Shown: positions 1-14,000, numbered from the stretch's first letter. The stretch is DNA of 64,000 nucleotides from Eledone cirrhosa (GCA_964016885.1 OZ024753.1:24304001-24368000), one strand, 5' to 3'. The notes: generated by a model not told the origin, from the letters alone. Made by a program: numbers and translations.

Positions 1-2106
1 GGACTAACACTGTATGCAACAGACAGAGGACTAACACTGTATGTAACAGACAGAGGACTGACACTGTATGTAACAGACAGAGGACTAACACTGTATATCA
101 CAGACAGAGGACTAACAGTGTATGTAACAGAGAGAGGACTAACACTGTATGTAACAGACAGAGGACTAAGACTGTATGTAACAGACAGAGGGTTAACACT
201 GTATGTAACAGACAGAGGACTAACCCTGTATGTAACAGACAGAGGACGAACACAGTATGCAAGAGACAGAGGACTAACACTGTATGTAACAGACAGAGGA
301 CTAACACTGTATGTAATAGACAGAGGAGTAAAACTGTATGCAACAGACAGAGGACTAATAATTTATGTAACAGACAGAGGACTAACACTGTATGTAACAG
401 ACAGAGGACTAACACTGTATGTAGCAGACAGAGGACTATGACTGTATGCAAAAGACAAAGGATTAACACTGTATGTAACAGACAGAGGACTAACAGTGTA
501 TGTATCAGCCAGAGGACTAACACTGTATGCAACAGACAGAGGACGAACACTGTATGCAACAGACAGAGGACTAATACTGTATGTAACAGACAGAGGACTA
601 ACACCGTATGTAACAGACAGAGGACTAACACTGTATGTAACAGACAGAGGACTGACACTGTATGTAATAGACAGAGGACTAACCCTGTATGTAACAGACA
701 GAGGACTAACACTGTATGTAACAGACAGAGGACTAACATTGTATGCAACAGACAGAGGACTAACACTGTATGCAACAGACAGAGGACTAACACTGTATGT
801 AACAGACAGAGGACTAACACTGTATGTAGCAGACAGAGGACTAAGACTGTATGTAACAGACAGAGGACTAACACTGTATGTAACAGACAGGGGACTAACA
901 CTGTATGTAATAGACAGAGGAGTAAAACTGTATGCAACAGACAGAGGACTAATACTTTATGTAACAGACAGAGGACTAACACTGTATGTAACAGACAGAG
1001 GACTAACACTTTATGTAACAGACAGAGGACTAACACTGTACGTAACAGGCAGAGGACTAACAATGTATGTAACAGACAGAGGACTAAAACTGTATGTTAT
1101 AGACAGAGGACTAACACTGTATGTAACAGACAGAGGGTTAACACTGTATGTAACAGACAGAAGGCTAACACTGTATGCAACAGACAGAGGACGAACACTG
1201 TATGCAGCAGACAGAGGACAAACACTGTATGTAACAGACAGAGGACTAACACTGTATGTAATAGACAGAGGAGTAAAACTGTATGCAACAGACAGAGGAC
1301 TAATACTTTATGTAACAGACAGAGGACTAACACTGTATGTAACAGACAGAGGACTAACACTGTATGTAGCAGACAGAGGACTAAGACTGTATGCAAAAGA
1401 CAAAGGATTAACACTGTATGTAACAGACAGAGGACTAACAGTGTATGTAACAGCCAGAGGACTAACACTGTATGCAACAGACAGAGGACGAACACTGTAT
1501 GCAACAGACAGAGGACTAATACTGTATGTAACAGACAGAGGACTAACACTGTATGTAACAGACAGAGGACTGACACTGTATGTAACAGACAGAGGACTAA
1601 CACTGTATGTAACAGACAGAGGACTGACACTGTATGTCACAGACAGAGGACTAACAGTGTATGTAACAGACAGAGGACTAACACCGTATGTAACAGACAG
1701 AGGACGAACACTGTATGCAACAGACAGAGGACTAATACTGTATGTAACAGACAGAGGACTAACACTGTATGTAACAGACAGAGGACGAACACTGTATGCA
1801 ACAGACAGAGGACTAACACCGTATGTAACAGACAGAGGACTAACACTGTATGTAACAGACAGAGGACTGACACTGTATGTAACAGACAGAGGACTGACAC
1901 TGTATGTCACAGACAGAGGACTAACAGTGTATGTAACAGACAGAGGACTAACACTGTATGTAACAGACAGAGGACTCATACTGTATGTAACAGACAGAGG
2001 ACTAACACTGTATGTAACAGACAGAGGACTAACACTGTATGTAACAGACAGAGGACTAACATTGTATGTAACAGACAGAGGACTAACACTGTATTTAACT
2101 GACAGA

Positions 2107-2129
2107 GGGTTAACTCTGTATGTAACAGA
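2107..2129 (+). repeat. 23-bp deletion monomer GGGTTAACTCTGTATGTAACAGA followed by GTACT (first of about 34 copies)
   Basis: It lacks 4 nt of the CAGACAGA end. It causes the frame changes that end ORFs in 'EYLDCM/V' (23 cases, 2148 to 47850) or 'VTEY*' (11 cases, 39577 to 60811). It contains GTTAAC (HpaI) and creates AGTACT (ScaI) at the junction. Confidence 0.93.
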
Positions 2130-2457
2130 GTACTTAGACTGTATGTAACAGACAGAGAACTAACACTGTATGTAACAGACAGAGGACTAACTGTGTATGT
2201 AACAGACAGAGGACTAACACTGTATGTAACAGACAGAGGACTGACATTGTATGTAACAGACAGAGGACTAACACTGTATGTAACAGACAGAGGACTGACA
2301 CTGTATGTATCAGACAGAGGACTAACATTGTATGTAACAGACAGAGGACTAACACTGTATATAACTGACAGAGGGTTAACTCTGTATGTAACAGAGTACT
2401 TAGACTGTATGTAACAGACAGAGGACTAACACTGTATGTAACAGACAGAGGACTAAT

Positions 2458-2489
2458 AGTGTTAGACCTCTGTCTGTTACATACAGTGT
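2458..2489 (-). repeat. Inverted satellite monomer (first of 25 copies)
   Basis: AGTGTTAGACCTCTGTCTGTTACATACAGTGT reverse-complements to ACACTGTATGTAACAGACAGAGGTCTAACACT, 31/32 identical to the forward consensus. Copies start at 2458, 8880, 10118, 11383, 12162, 13103, 14341, 15606, 16385, 18838, 20076, 20855, 22066, 24626, 31391, 33088, 38314, 43619, 44695, 47894, 53088, 53516, 56881, 57309 and 62404. Confidence 0.97.
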
Positions 2490-5400
2490 ATTTAACAGTT
2501 AGAGGACTAACACTGTATGTAACAGACACAGGACTGACACTGTATGTAACAGACAGAGGACTAACACTGTATGTAACAGACAGCGGACTAACACTGTAGG
2601 TAACAGACAGATGACTAACACTGTATGTCACAGACAGAGGACTAACAGTGTATGTAACAGACAGAGGACTAACACTGTATGCAACAGACAGAGGACTAAC
2701 ACTGTATGTAACAGACAGAGGACTGACACTGTATGTAACAGACAGAGGACTAACACTGTATATCACAGACAGAGGACTAACAGTGTATGTAACAGACAGA
2801 GGACTAACACTGTATGTAACAGACAGAGGACTAACACTGTATGTAACAGACAGACGGTTAACACTGTATGTAACAGACAGAGGACTAACCCTGTATGTAA
2901 CAGACAGAGGACTAACTGTGTATGTAACAGACAGAGGACTAACACTGTATGTAACAGACAGAGGACTGACACTGTATGTAACAGACAGAGGACTAACACT
3001 GTATGTAACAGACAGAGGACTAACACTGTATGTAACAAACAGCGGACTAACACTGTATGTAACAGACAGAGGACTAACACTGTATGTAACAGACAGAGGA
3101 CTAACACTGTATGTAACAGACAGAGGACTAACACTGTATGTAACAGACAGAGGACTAACACTGTGTGCAACAGACAGAGGAGTAACACTGTATGTAACAG
3201 ACAGAGGATAAACACTGTATGTAACAGACAGAGGCCTAACATTGTATGCAACAGACAGAGGACTAACACTGTATGCAACAGACAGAGGACTAACACTGTA
3301 TGTAACAGACAGAGGACTAACACTGTATGTAACAGACAGAGGACTAACACTGTATGTAACAGACAGAGGACTAACACTTTATGTAACAGACAGAGGACTA
3401 ACACTGTATGTAATAGACAGAGGAGTAAAACTGTATGCAACAGACAGAGGACTAATACTTTATGTAACAGACAGAGGACTAACACTGTATGTAACAGACA
3501 GAGGACTAACACTGTATGTAGCAGACAGAGGACTAAGACTGTATGTAACAGACAGAGGACTAACACTGTATGTAACAGAATGAGGACTAACACTGTATGT
3601 AACAGACAGAGGGTTAACACTGTATGTAACAGATAGAGGACTAACACTGTACGTAACAGACAGAGGACTAACACTTTATGTAACAGACAGAGGACTAACA
3701 CTCTATGTAACAGACAGAGGACTAACAATGTATGTAACAGACAGAGGACTAAAACTGTATGTTATAGAAAGAGGACTAACACTGTATGTAACAGACAGAG
3801 GGTTAACACTGTATGTAACAGACAGAGGACTAACCCTGTATGTAACAGACAGAAGGCTAACACTGTATGCAACAGACAGAGGACGAACACAGTATGCAAG
3901 AGACAGAGGACTAACACTGTATGTAACAGACAGAGGACTAACACTGTATGTAATAGACAGAGGAGTAAAACTGTATGCAACAGACAGAGGACTAATACTT
4001 TATGTAACAGACAGAGGACTAACACTGTATGTAACAGACAGAGGACTAACACTGTATGTAGCAGACAGAGGACTAAGACTGTATGTAACAGACAGAGGAC
4101 TAACATTGTATGTAACAGACAGAGGACTAACACTGTATGTAACAGACAGAGGACTAACACTGTGTGCAACAGACAGAGGAGTAACACTGTATGTAACAGA
4201 CAGAGGACTAACACTGTATGTAACAGACAGAGGACTAACACTGTATGTAACAGACAGAGGACTAACCCTGTATGTAACAGACAGAGGACTAACACTGTAT
4301 GTAACAGACAGAGGATAAACACTGTATGTAACAGACAGAGGCCTAACATTGTATGCAACAGACAGAGGACTAACACTGTATGCAACAGACAGAGGACTAA
4401 CACTGTATGTAACAGACAGAGGACTAACACTGTATGTAACAGACAGAGGACTAACACTGTATGTAACAGACAGAAGGCTAACACTGTATGTAACAGACAG
4501 AGGACTAACACTGTATGTAACAGACAGAGGACTAACACTGTGTGTAACAGACAGAGGGTTAACACTGTATGTAACAGATAGAGGACTAACACTGTATGTA
4601 ATAGACAGAGGAGTAAAACTGTATGCAACAGACAGAGGACTAATACTTTATGTAACAGACAGAGGACTAACATTGTATGTAACAGACAGAGGACTAACAC
4701 TGTATGTAGCAGACAGAGGACTAAGACTGTATGTAACAGACAGAGGACTAACACTGTATGTAACAGACAGAGGACTAACACTGTATGTAATAGACAGAGG
4801 AGTAAAACTGTATGCAACAGACAGAGGACTAATACTTTATGTAACAGACAGAGGACTAACAATGTATGTAATAGACAGAGGAGTAAAACTGTATGCAACA
4901 GACAGAGGACTAATACTTTATGTAACAGACAGAGGACTAACAATGCATGTAACAGACAGAGGACTAACACTGTATGTTATAGACAGAGGACTAACACTGT
5001 ATGTAACAGACAGAGGACTAACACTGTATGTAACAGACAGAGAACTAATAATGTATGTAACAGCCAGAGGACTAACACTGTATGCCACAGACAGAGGACG
5101 AACACTGTATGTAGCAGACAGAGGACTAAGACTGTATGTAACAGACAGAGGACTAACACCGTATGTAACAGACACAGGACTGACACTGTATGTAACAGAC
5201 AGAGGACTAACACTGTATGTAACAAACAGCGGACTAACACTGTAGGTAACAGACAGAGGACTAACACTGTATGTCACAGACAGAGGACTAACAGTGTATG
5301 TAACAGACAGAGGACTAACACTGTATGCAACAGACAGAGGACTAACACTGTATGTAACAGACAGAGGACTGACACTGTATGTAACAGACAGAGGACTAAC

Positions 5401-8089
5401 ACTGTATATCACAGACAGAGGACTAACAGTGTATGTAACAGACAGAGGACTAACACTGTATGTAACAGACAGAGGACTAACACTGTATGTAACAGACAGA
5501 GGGTTAACACTGTATGTAACAGACAGAGGACTAACCCTGTATGTAACAGACAGAGGACTAACTGTGTATGTAACAGACAGAGGACTAACACTGTATGTAA
5601 CAGACAGAGGACAGACACTGTATGTAACAGACAGAGGACTAACACTGTATGTAACAGACAGAGGACTAACACAGTATGTAACAGACAGCGGACTAACACT
5701 GTATGTAACAGACAGAGGACTAACACTGTATGTAACAGACAGAGGACTAACACTGTATGTAACAGACAGAGGACTAACAATGTATGTAACAGCTAGAGGA
5801 CTAACACTGTATGCAACAGACAGAGGACTAACACTGTATGTAACAGACAGAGGACTAACACTGTATGTAACAGACAGAGGGTTAACACTGTATGTAACAG
5901 ACAGAGGACTAACACGTTATGTAACAGACAGAGGACTAACACTGTATGTAACAGACAGAGGACTAACAATGTATGTAACAGACAGAGGACTAACACTGTA
6001 TGTAACAGACAGATGGTTAACACTGTATGCAAAAGACAAAGGATTAACACTGTATGTAACAGACAGAGGACTAACAATTCATGTATCAGCCAGAGGACTA
6101 ACACTGTATGCAACAGACAGAGGACGAACACTGTATGTAACAGACATAGGACAAATACTGTATGTAACAGACAGAGGACTAACACCGTATGTAACAGACA
6201 GAGGACTAACATTGTATGTAACAGACAGAGGACTAACATTGTATGTAACAGACAGAGGACTAATACTGTATGTAACAGACAGAGGACTAACACCGTATGT
6301 AACAGACAGAGGACGAACATTATATGCAACAGACAGAGGACTAATACTGTATGTAACAGACAGAGGACTAACACCGTATGTAACAGACAGAGGACTAACA
6401 TTGTATGTAACAGACAGAGGACTGACACTGTATGTAACAGACAGAGGACTAACACTGTATGTAACAGACAGAGGACTGACACTGTATGTCACAGACAGAG
6501 GACTAACACTGTATGTAATAGACAGAGGAGTAAAACTGTATGCAACAGACAGAGGATTAATACTTTATGTAACAGACAGAGGACTAACACTGTATGTAAC
6601 AGACATAGGACTAACACTGTATGTAACAGATAGAGGACTAACACTGTACGTAACAGACAGAGGACTAACACTTTATGTAACAGACAGAGGACTAACACTG
6701 TATGTAACAGGCAGAGGACTAACAATGTATGTAACAGACAGAGGACTAAAACTGTATGTTATAGAAAGAGGACTAACACTGTATGTAACAGACAGAGGGT
6801 TAACACTGTATGTAACAGACAGAGGACTAACCCTGTATGTAACAGACAGAAGGCTAACACTGTATGCAACAGACAGAGGACGAACACAGTATGCAAGAGA
6901 CAGAGGACTAACACTGTATGTAACAGACAGAGGACTAACACTGTATGTAATAGACAGAGGAGTAAAACTGTATGCAACAGACAGAGGACTAATAATTTAT
7001 GTAACAGACAGAGGACTAACACTGTATGTAACAGACAGAGGACTAACACTGTATGTAGCAGACAGAGGACTAAGACTGTATGCAAAAGACAAAGGATTAA
7101 CACTGTATGTAACAGACAGAGGACTAACAGTGTATGTATCAGCCAGAGGACTAACACTGTATGCAACAGACAGAGGACGAACACTGTATGCAACAGACAG
7201 AGGACTAATACTGTATGTAACAGACAGAGGACTAACACCGTATGTAACAGACAGAGGACTAACACTGTATGTAACAGACAGAGGACTGACACTGTATGTA
7301 ACAGACAGAGGACTAACACCGTATGTAACAGACAGAGGACTGACACTGTATGTCACAGACAGAGGACTAACAGTGTATGTAACAGACAGAGGACTAACAC
7401 TGTATGTAACAGACAGTGGACTCATACTTTATGTAACAGACAGAGGGTTAACACTGTATGTAATAGACAGAGGACTAACCCTGTATGTAACAGACAGAGG
7501 ACTAACTGTGTATGTAACAGACAGAGGACTAACACTGTATGTAACAGACAGAGGACTGACACTGTATGTAACAGACAGAGGACTAACACTGTATGTAACA
7601 GACAGAGGACTAACACTGTATGTAACAGACAGAGGACTAACATTGTATGTAACAGACAGAGGACTAACACTGTATGTAACAGACAGAGGACTAACACTGT
7701 GTGCAACAGACAGAGGAGTAACACTGTATGTAACAGACAGAGGATAAACACTGTATGTAACAGACAGAGGCCTAACATTGTATGCAACAGACAGAGGACT
7801 AACACTGTATGCAACAGACAGAGGACTAACACTGTATGTAACAGACAGAGGACTAACACTGTATGTAACAGACAGAGGACTAACACTGTATGTAACAGAC
7901 AGAGGACTAACACTGTATGTAACAGACGGAGGACTAACACTGTATGTAATAGACAGAGGAGTAAAACTGTATGCAACAGACAGAGGACTAATACTTTATG
8001 TAACAGACAGAGGACTAACACTGTATGTAACAGACAGAGGACTAACACTGTATGTAGCAGACAGAGGACTAAGACTGTATGTAACAGAC

Positions 8090-11000
8090 AGAGGACTAAC
8101 ATTGTATGTAACAGACAGAGGACTAACACTGTATGTAGCAGACAGAGGACTAAGACTGTATGTAGCAGACAGAGGACTAGGACTGTATGCAAAAGACAAA
8201 GGATTAACACTGTATGTAACAGACAGAGGACTAACAGTGTATGTAACAGCCAGAGGACTAACACTGTATGCAACAGACAGAGGACGAACACTGTATGCAA
8301 CAGACAGAGGACTAATACTGTATGTAACAGACAGAGGACTAACACCGTATGTAACAGACAGAGGACTAACATTGTATGTAACAGACAGAGGACTGACACT
8401 GTATGTAACAGACAGAGGACTAACACTGTATGTAACAGACAGAGGACTGACACTGTATGTCACAGACAGAGGACTAACAGTGTATGTAACAGACAGAGGA
8501 CTAACACTGTATGTAACAGACAGAGGACTCATACTGTATGTAACAGACAGAGGGTTAACACTGTATGTAACAGACAGAGGATTAACCCTGTATGTAACAG
8601 ACAGAGGACTAACTGTGTATGTAGCAGACAGAGGACTAACACTGTATGTAACAGACAGAGGACTGACACTGTATGTAACAGACAGAGGACTAACAATGTA
8701 TGTAACAGACAGAGGACTAACATTGTATGTAACAGACAGAGGACTAACATTGTATGTAACAGACAGAGGACTAACACTGTATATAACTGACAGAGGGTTA
8801 ACTCTGTATGTAACAGAGTACTTAGACTGTATGTAACAGACAGAGGACTAACACTGTATGTAACAGACAGAGGACTAATAGTGTTAGACCTCTGTCTGTT
8901 ACATACAGTGTATTTAACAGTTAGAGGACTAACACTGTATGTAACAGACACAGGACTGACACTGTATGTAACAGACAGAGGACTAACACTGTATGTAACA
9001 GACAGCGGACTAACACTGTATGTAACAGACAGAGGACTAACACTGTATGTAACAGACAGAGGACTAACACTGTGTGCAACAGACAGAGGAGTAACACTGT
9101 ATGTAACAGACAGAGGATAAACACTGTATGTAACAGACAGAGGCCTAACATTGTATGCAACAGACAGAGGACTAACACTGTATGCAACAGACAGAGGACT
9201 AACACTGTATGTAACAGACAGAGGACTAACACTGTATGTAACAGACAGAGGACTAACACTGTATGTAACAGACAGAGGACTAACACTGTATGTAACAGAC
9301 AGAGGACTAACACTGTATGTAATTGACAGAGGAGTAAAACTGTATGCAACAGACAGAGGACTAATACTTTATGTAACAGACAGAGGACTAACACTGTATG
9401 TAACAGACAGAGGACTAACACTGTATGTAGCAGACAGAGGACTAAGACTGTATGTAACAGACAGAGGACTAACATTGTATGTAACAGACAGAGGACTAAC
9501 ACTGTATGTAGCAGACAGAGGACGAACACTGTATGCAACAGACAGAGGACTAATACTGTATGTAACAGACAGAGGACTAACACCGTATGTAACAGACAGA
9601 GGACTAACACTGTATGTAACAGACAGAGGACTGACACTGTATGTAACAGACAGAGGACTAACACTGTATGTAACAGACAGAGGACTGACACTGTATGTCA
9701 CAGACAGAGGACTAACAGTGTATGTAACAGACAGAGGACTAACACTGTATGTAACAGACAGAGGACTCATACTGTATGTAACAGACAGAGGGTTAACACT
9801 GTATGTAACAGACAGAGGATTAACCCTGTATGTAACAGACAGAGGACTAACTGTGTATGTAACAGACAGAGGACTAACACTGTATGTAACAGACAGAGGA
9901 CTGACACTGTATGTAACAGACAGAGGACTAACAATGTATGTAACGGACAGAGGACTAACATTGTATGTAACAGACAGAGGACTAACATTGTATGTAACAG
10001 ACAGAGGACTAACACTGTATATAACTGACAGAGGGTTAACTCTGTATGTAACAGAGTACTTAGACTGTATGTAACAGACAGAGGACTAACACTGTATGTA
10101 ACAGACAGAGGACTAATAGTGTTAGACCTCTGTCTGTTACATACAGTGTATTTAACAGTTAGAGGACTAACACTGTATGTAACAGACACAGGACTGACAC
10201 TGTATGTAACAGACAGAGGACTAACACTGTATGTAACAGACAGCGGACTAACACTGTAGGTAACAGACAGAGGACTAACACTGTATGTCACAGACAGAGG
10301 ACTAACAGTGTATGTAACAGACAGAGGACTAACACTGTATGCAACAGACAGAGGACTAACACTGTATGTAACAGACAGAGGACTGACACTGTATGTAACA
10401 GACAGAGGACTAACACTGTATATCACAGACAGAGGACTAACAGTGTATGTAACAGACAGAGGACTAACACTGTATGTAACAGACAGAGGACTAACACTGT
10501 ATGTAACAGACAGAGGACTAACACTGTATGTAACAGACAGAGGACTAACACTGTATGTAACAGACAGAGGACTAACACTGTATGTAATAGACAGAGGAGT
10601 AAAACTGTATGCAACAGACAGAGGACTAATACTTTATGTAACAGACAGAGGACTAACACTGTATGTAACAGACAGAGGACTAACACTGTATGTAGCAGAC
10701 AGAGGACTAAGACTGTATGTAACAGACAGAGGACTAACATTGTATGTAACAGACAGAGGACTAACACTGTATGTAGCAGACAGAGGACGAACACTGTATG
10801 CAACAGACAGAGGACTAATACTGTATGTAACAGACAGAGGACTAACACCGTATGTAACAGACAGAGGACTAACACTGTATGTAACAGACAGAGGACTGAC
10901 ACTGTATGTAACAGACAGAGGACTAACACTGTATGTAACAGACAGAGGACTGACACTGTATGTCACAGACAGAGGACTAACAGTGTATGTAACAGACAGA

Positions 11001-14000
11001 GGACTAACACTGTATGTAACAGACAGAGGACTCATACTGTATGTAACAGACAGAGGGTTAACACTGTATGTAACAGACAGAGGATTAACCCTGTATGTAA
11101 CAGACAGAGGACTAACTGTGTATGTAACAGACAGAGGACTAACACTGTATGTAACAGACAGAGGACTGACACTGTATGTAACAGACAGAGGACTAACAAT
11201 GTATGTAACGGACAGAGGACTAACATTGTATGTAACAGACAGAGGACTAACATTGTATGTAACAGACAGAGGACTAACACTGTATATAACTGACAGAGGG
11301 TTAACTCTGTATGTAACAGAGTACTTAGACTGTATGTAACAGACAGAGGACTAACACTGTATGTAACAGACAGAGGACTAATAGTGTTAGACCTCTGTCT
11401 GTTACATACAGTGTATTTAACAGTTAGAGGACTAACACTGTATGTAACAGACACAGGACTGACACTGTATGTAACATACAGAGGACTAACACTGTATGTA
11501 ACAGACAGCGGACTAACACTGTAGGTAACAGACAGAGGACTAACACTGTATGTCACAGACAGAGGACTAACAGTGTATGTAACAGACAGAGGACTAACAC
11601 TGTATGCAACAGACAGAGGATTAACACTGTATGTAACAGACAGAGGACTGACACTGTATGTAACAGACAGAGGACTAACACTGTATATCACAGACAGAGG
11701 ACTAACAGTGTATGTAACAGACAGAGGACTAACACTGTATGTCACAGACAGAGGACTAACAGTGTATGTAACAGACAGAGGACTAACACTGTATGTAACA
11801 GACAGAGGACTCATACTGTATGTAACAGACAGAGGGTTAACACTGTATGTAACAGACAGAGGATTAACCCTGTATGTAACAGACAGAGGACTAACTGTGT
11901 ATGTAGCAGACAGAGGACTAACACTGTATGTAACAGACAGAGGACTGACACTGTATGTAACAGACAGAGGACTAAAAATGTATGTAACAGACAGAGGACT
12001 AACATTGTATGTAACAGACAGAGGACTAACATTGTATGTAACAGACAGAGGACTAACACTGTATATAACTGACAGAGGGTTAACTCTGTATGTAACAGAG
12101 TACTTAGACTGTGTGTAACAGACAGAGGACTAACACTGTATGTAACAGACAGAGGACTAATAGTGTTAGACCTCTGTCTGTTACATACAGTGTATTTAAC
12201 AGTTAGAGGACTAACACTGTATGTAACAGACACAGGACTGACACTGTATGTAACAGACAAAGGACTAACACTGTATGTAACAGACAGCGGACTAACACTG
12301 TATGTAACAGACAGAGGACTAACATTGTATGTAACAGACAGAGGACTAACACTGTATGTAGCAGACAGAGGACTAAGACTGTATGTAGCAGACAGAGGAC
12401 TAGGACTGTATGCAAAAGACAAAGGATTAACACTGTATGTAACAGACAGAGGACTAACAGTGTATGTAACAGCCAGAGGACTAACACTGTATGCAACAGA
12501 CAGAGGACGAACACTGTATGCAACAGACAGAGGACTAATACTGTATGTAACAGACAGAGGACTAACACCGTATGTAACAGACAGAGGACTAACATTGTAT
12601 GTAACAGACAGAGGACTGACACTGTATGTAACAGACAGAGGACTAACACTGTATGTAACAGACAGAGGACTGACACTGTATGTCACAGACAGAGGACTAA
12701 CAGTGTATGTAACAGACAGAGGACTAACACTGTATGTAATAGACAGAGGACTCATACTGTATGTAACAGACAGAGGGTTAACACTGTATGTAACAGACAG
12801 AGGATTAACCCTGTATGTAACAGACAGAGGACTAACTGTGTATGTAGCAGACAGAGGACTAACACTGTATGTAACAGACAGAGGACTGACACTGTATGTA
12901 ACAGACAGAGGACTAACAATGTATGTAACAGACAGAGGACTAACATTGTATGTAACAGACAGAGGACTAACATTGTATGTAACAGACAGAGGACTAACAC
13001 TGTATATAACTGACAGAGGGTTAACTCTGTATGTAACAGAGTACTTAGACTGTATGTAACAGACAGAGGACTAACACTGTATGTAACAGACAGAGGACTA
13101 ATAGTGTTAGACCTCTGTCTGTTACATACAGTGTATTTAACAGTTAGAGGACTAACACTGTATGTAACAGACACAGGACTGACACTGTATGTAACAGACA
13201 GAGGACTAACACTGTATGTAACAGACAGCGGACTAACACTGTATGTAACAGACAGAGGACTAACACTGTATGTAACAGACAGAGGACTAACACTGTGTGC
13301 AACAGACAGAGGAGTAACACTGTATGTAACAGACAGAGGATAAACACTGTATGTAACAGACAGAGGCCTAACATTGTATGCAACAGACAGAGGACTAACA
13401 CTGTATGCAACAGACAGAGGACTAACACTGTATGTAACAGACAGAGGACTAACACTGTATGTAACAGACAGAGGACTAACACTGTATGTAACAGACAGAG
13501 GACTAACACTGTATGTAACAGACAGAGGACTAACACTGTATGTAATTGACAGAGGAGTAAAACTGTATGCAACAGACAGAGGACTAATACTTTATGTAAC
13601 AGACAGAGGACTAACACTGTATGTAACAGACAGAGGACTAACACTGTATGTAGCAGACAGAGGACTAAGACTGTATGTAACAGACAGAGGACTAACATTG
13701 TATGTAACAGACAGAGGACTAACACTGTATGTAGCAGACAGAGGACGAACACTGTATGCAACAGACAGAGGACTAATACTGTATGTAACAGACAGAGGAC
13801 TAACACCGTATGTAACAGACAGAGGACTAACACTGTATGTAACAGACAGAGGACTGACACTGTATGTAACAGACAGAGGACTAACACTGTATGTAACAGA
13901 CAGAGGACTGACACTGTATGTCACAGACAGAGGACTAACAGTGTATGTAACAGACAGAGGACTAACACTGTATGTAACAGACAGAGGACTCATACTGTAT

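Noticed and set aside
2429-2495. Hairpin as an intrinsic terminator or pre-miRNA
   Set aside because: The stem is fully explained by the monomer inversion. There is no U-tract, upstream gene or expression evidence.
5294-7747. Long + strand ORFs of (YVTDRGLTL)n, superficially like the LYVTD/YVAD strands of NHL or YVTN beta-propellers
   Set aside because: This is a translation of the 27-bp unit. The frame is repeatedly broken by amplified stops (GGATAA, CTGTAG) and by 4-, 2- and 1-bp deletions, and there are no unique termini. Several common variants are synonymous in this frame, but by eye not clearly more than chance. A formal synonymous/non-synonymous count would settle it.
8880-10149. Inverted monomers as terminal inverted repeats of a MITE or foldback transposon
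   Set aside because: All inverted copies have the same orientation and replace sequence in register. There is no target-site duplication, internal unique sequence or transposase.
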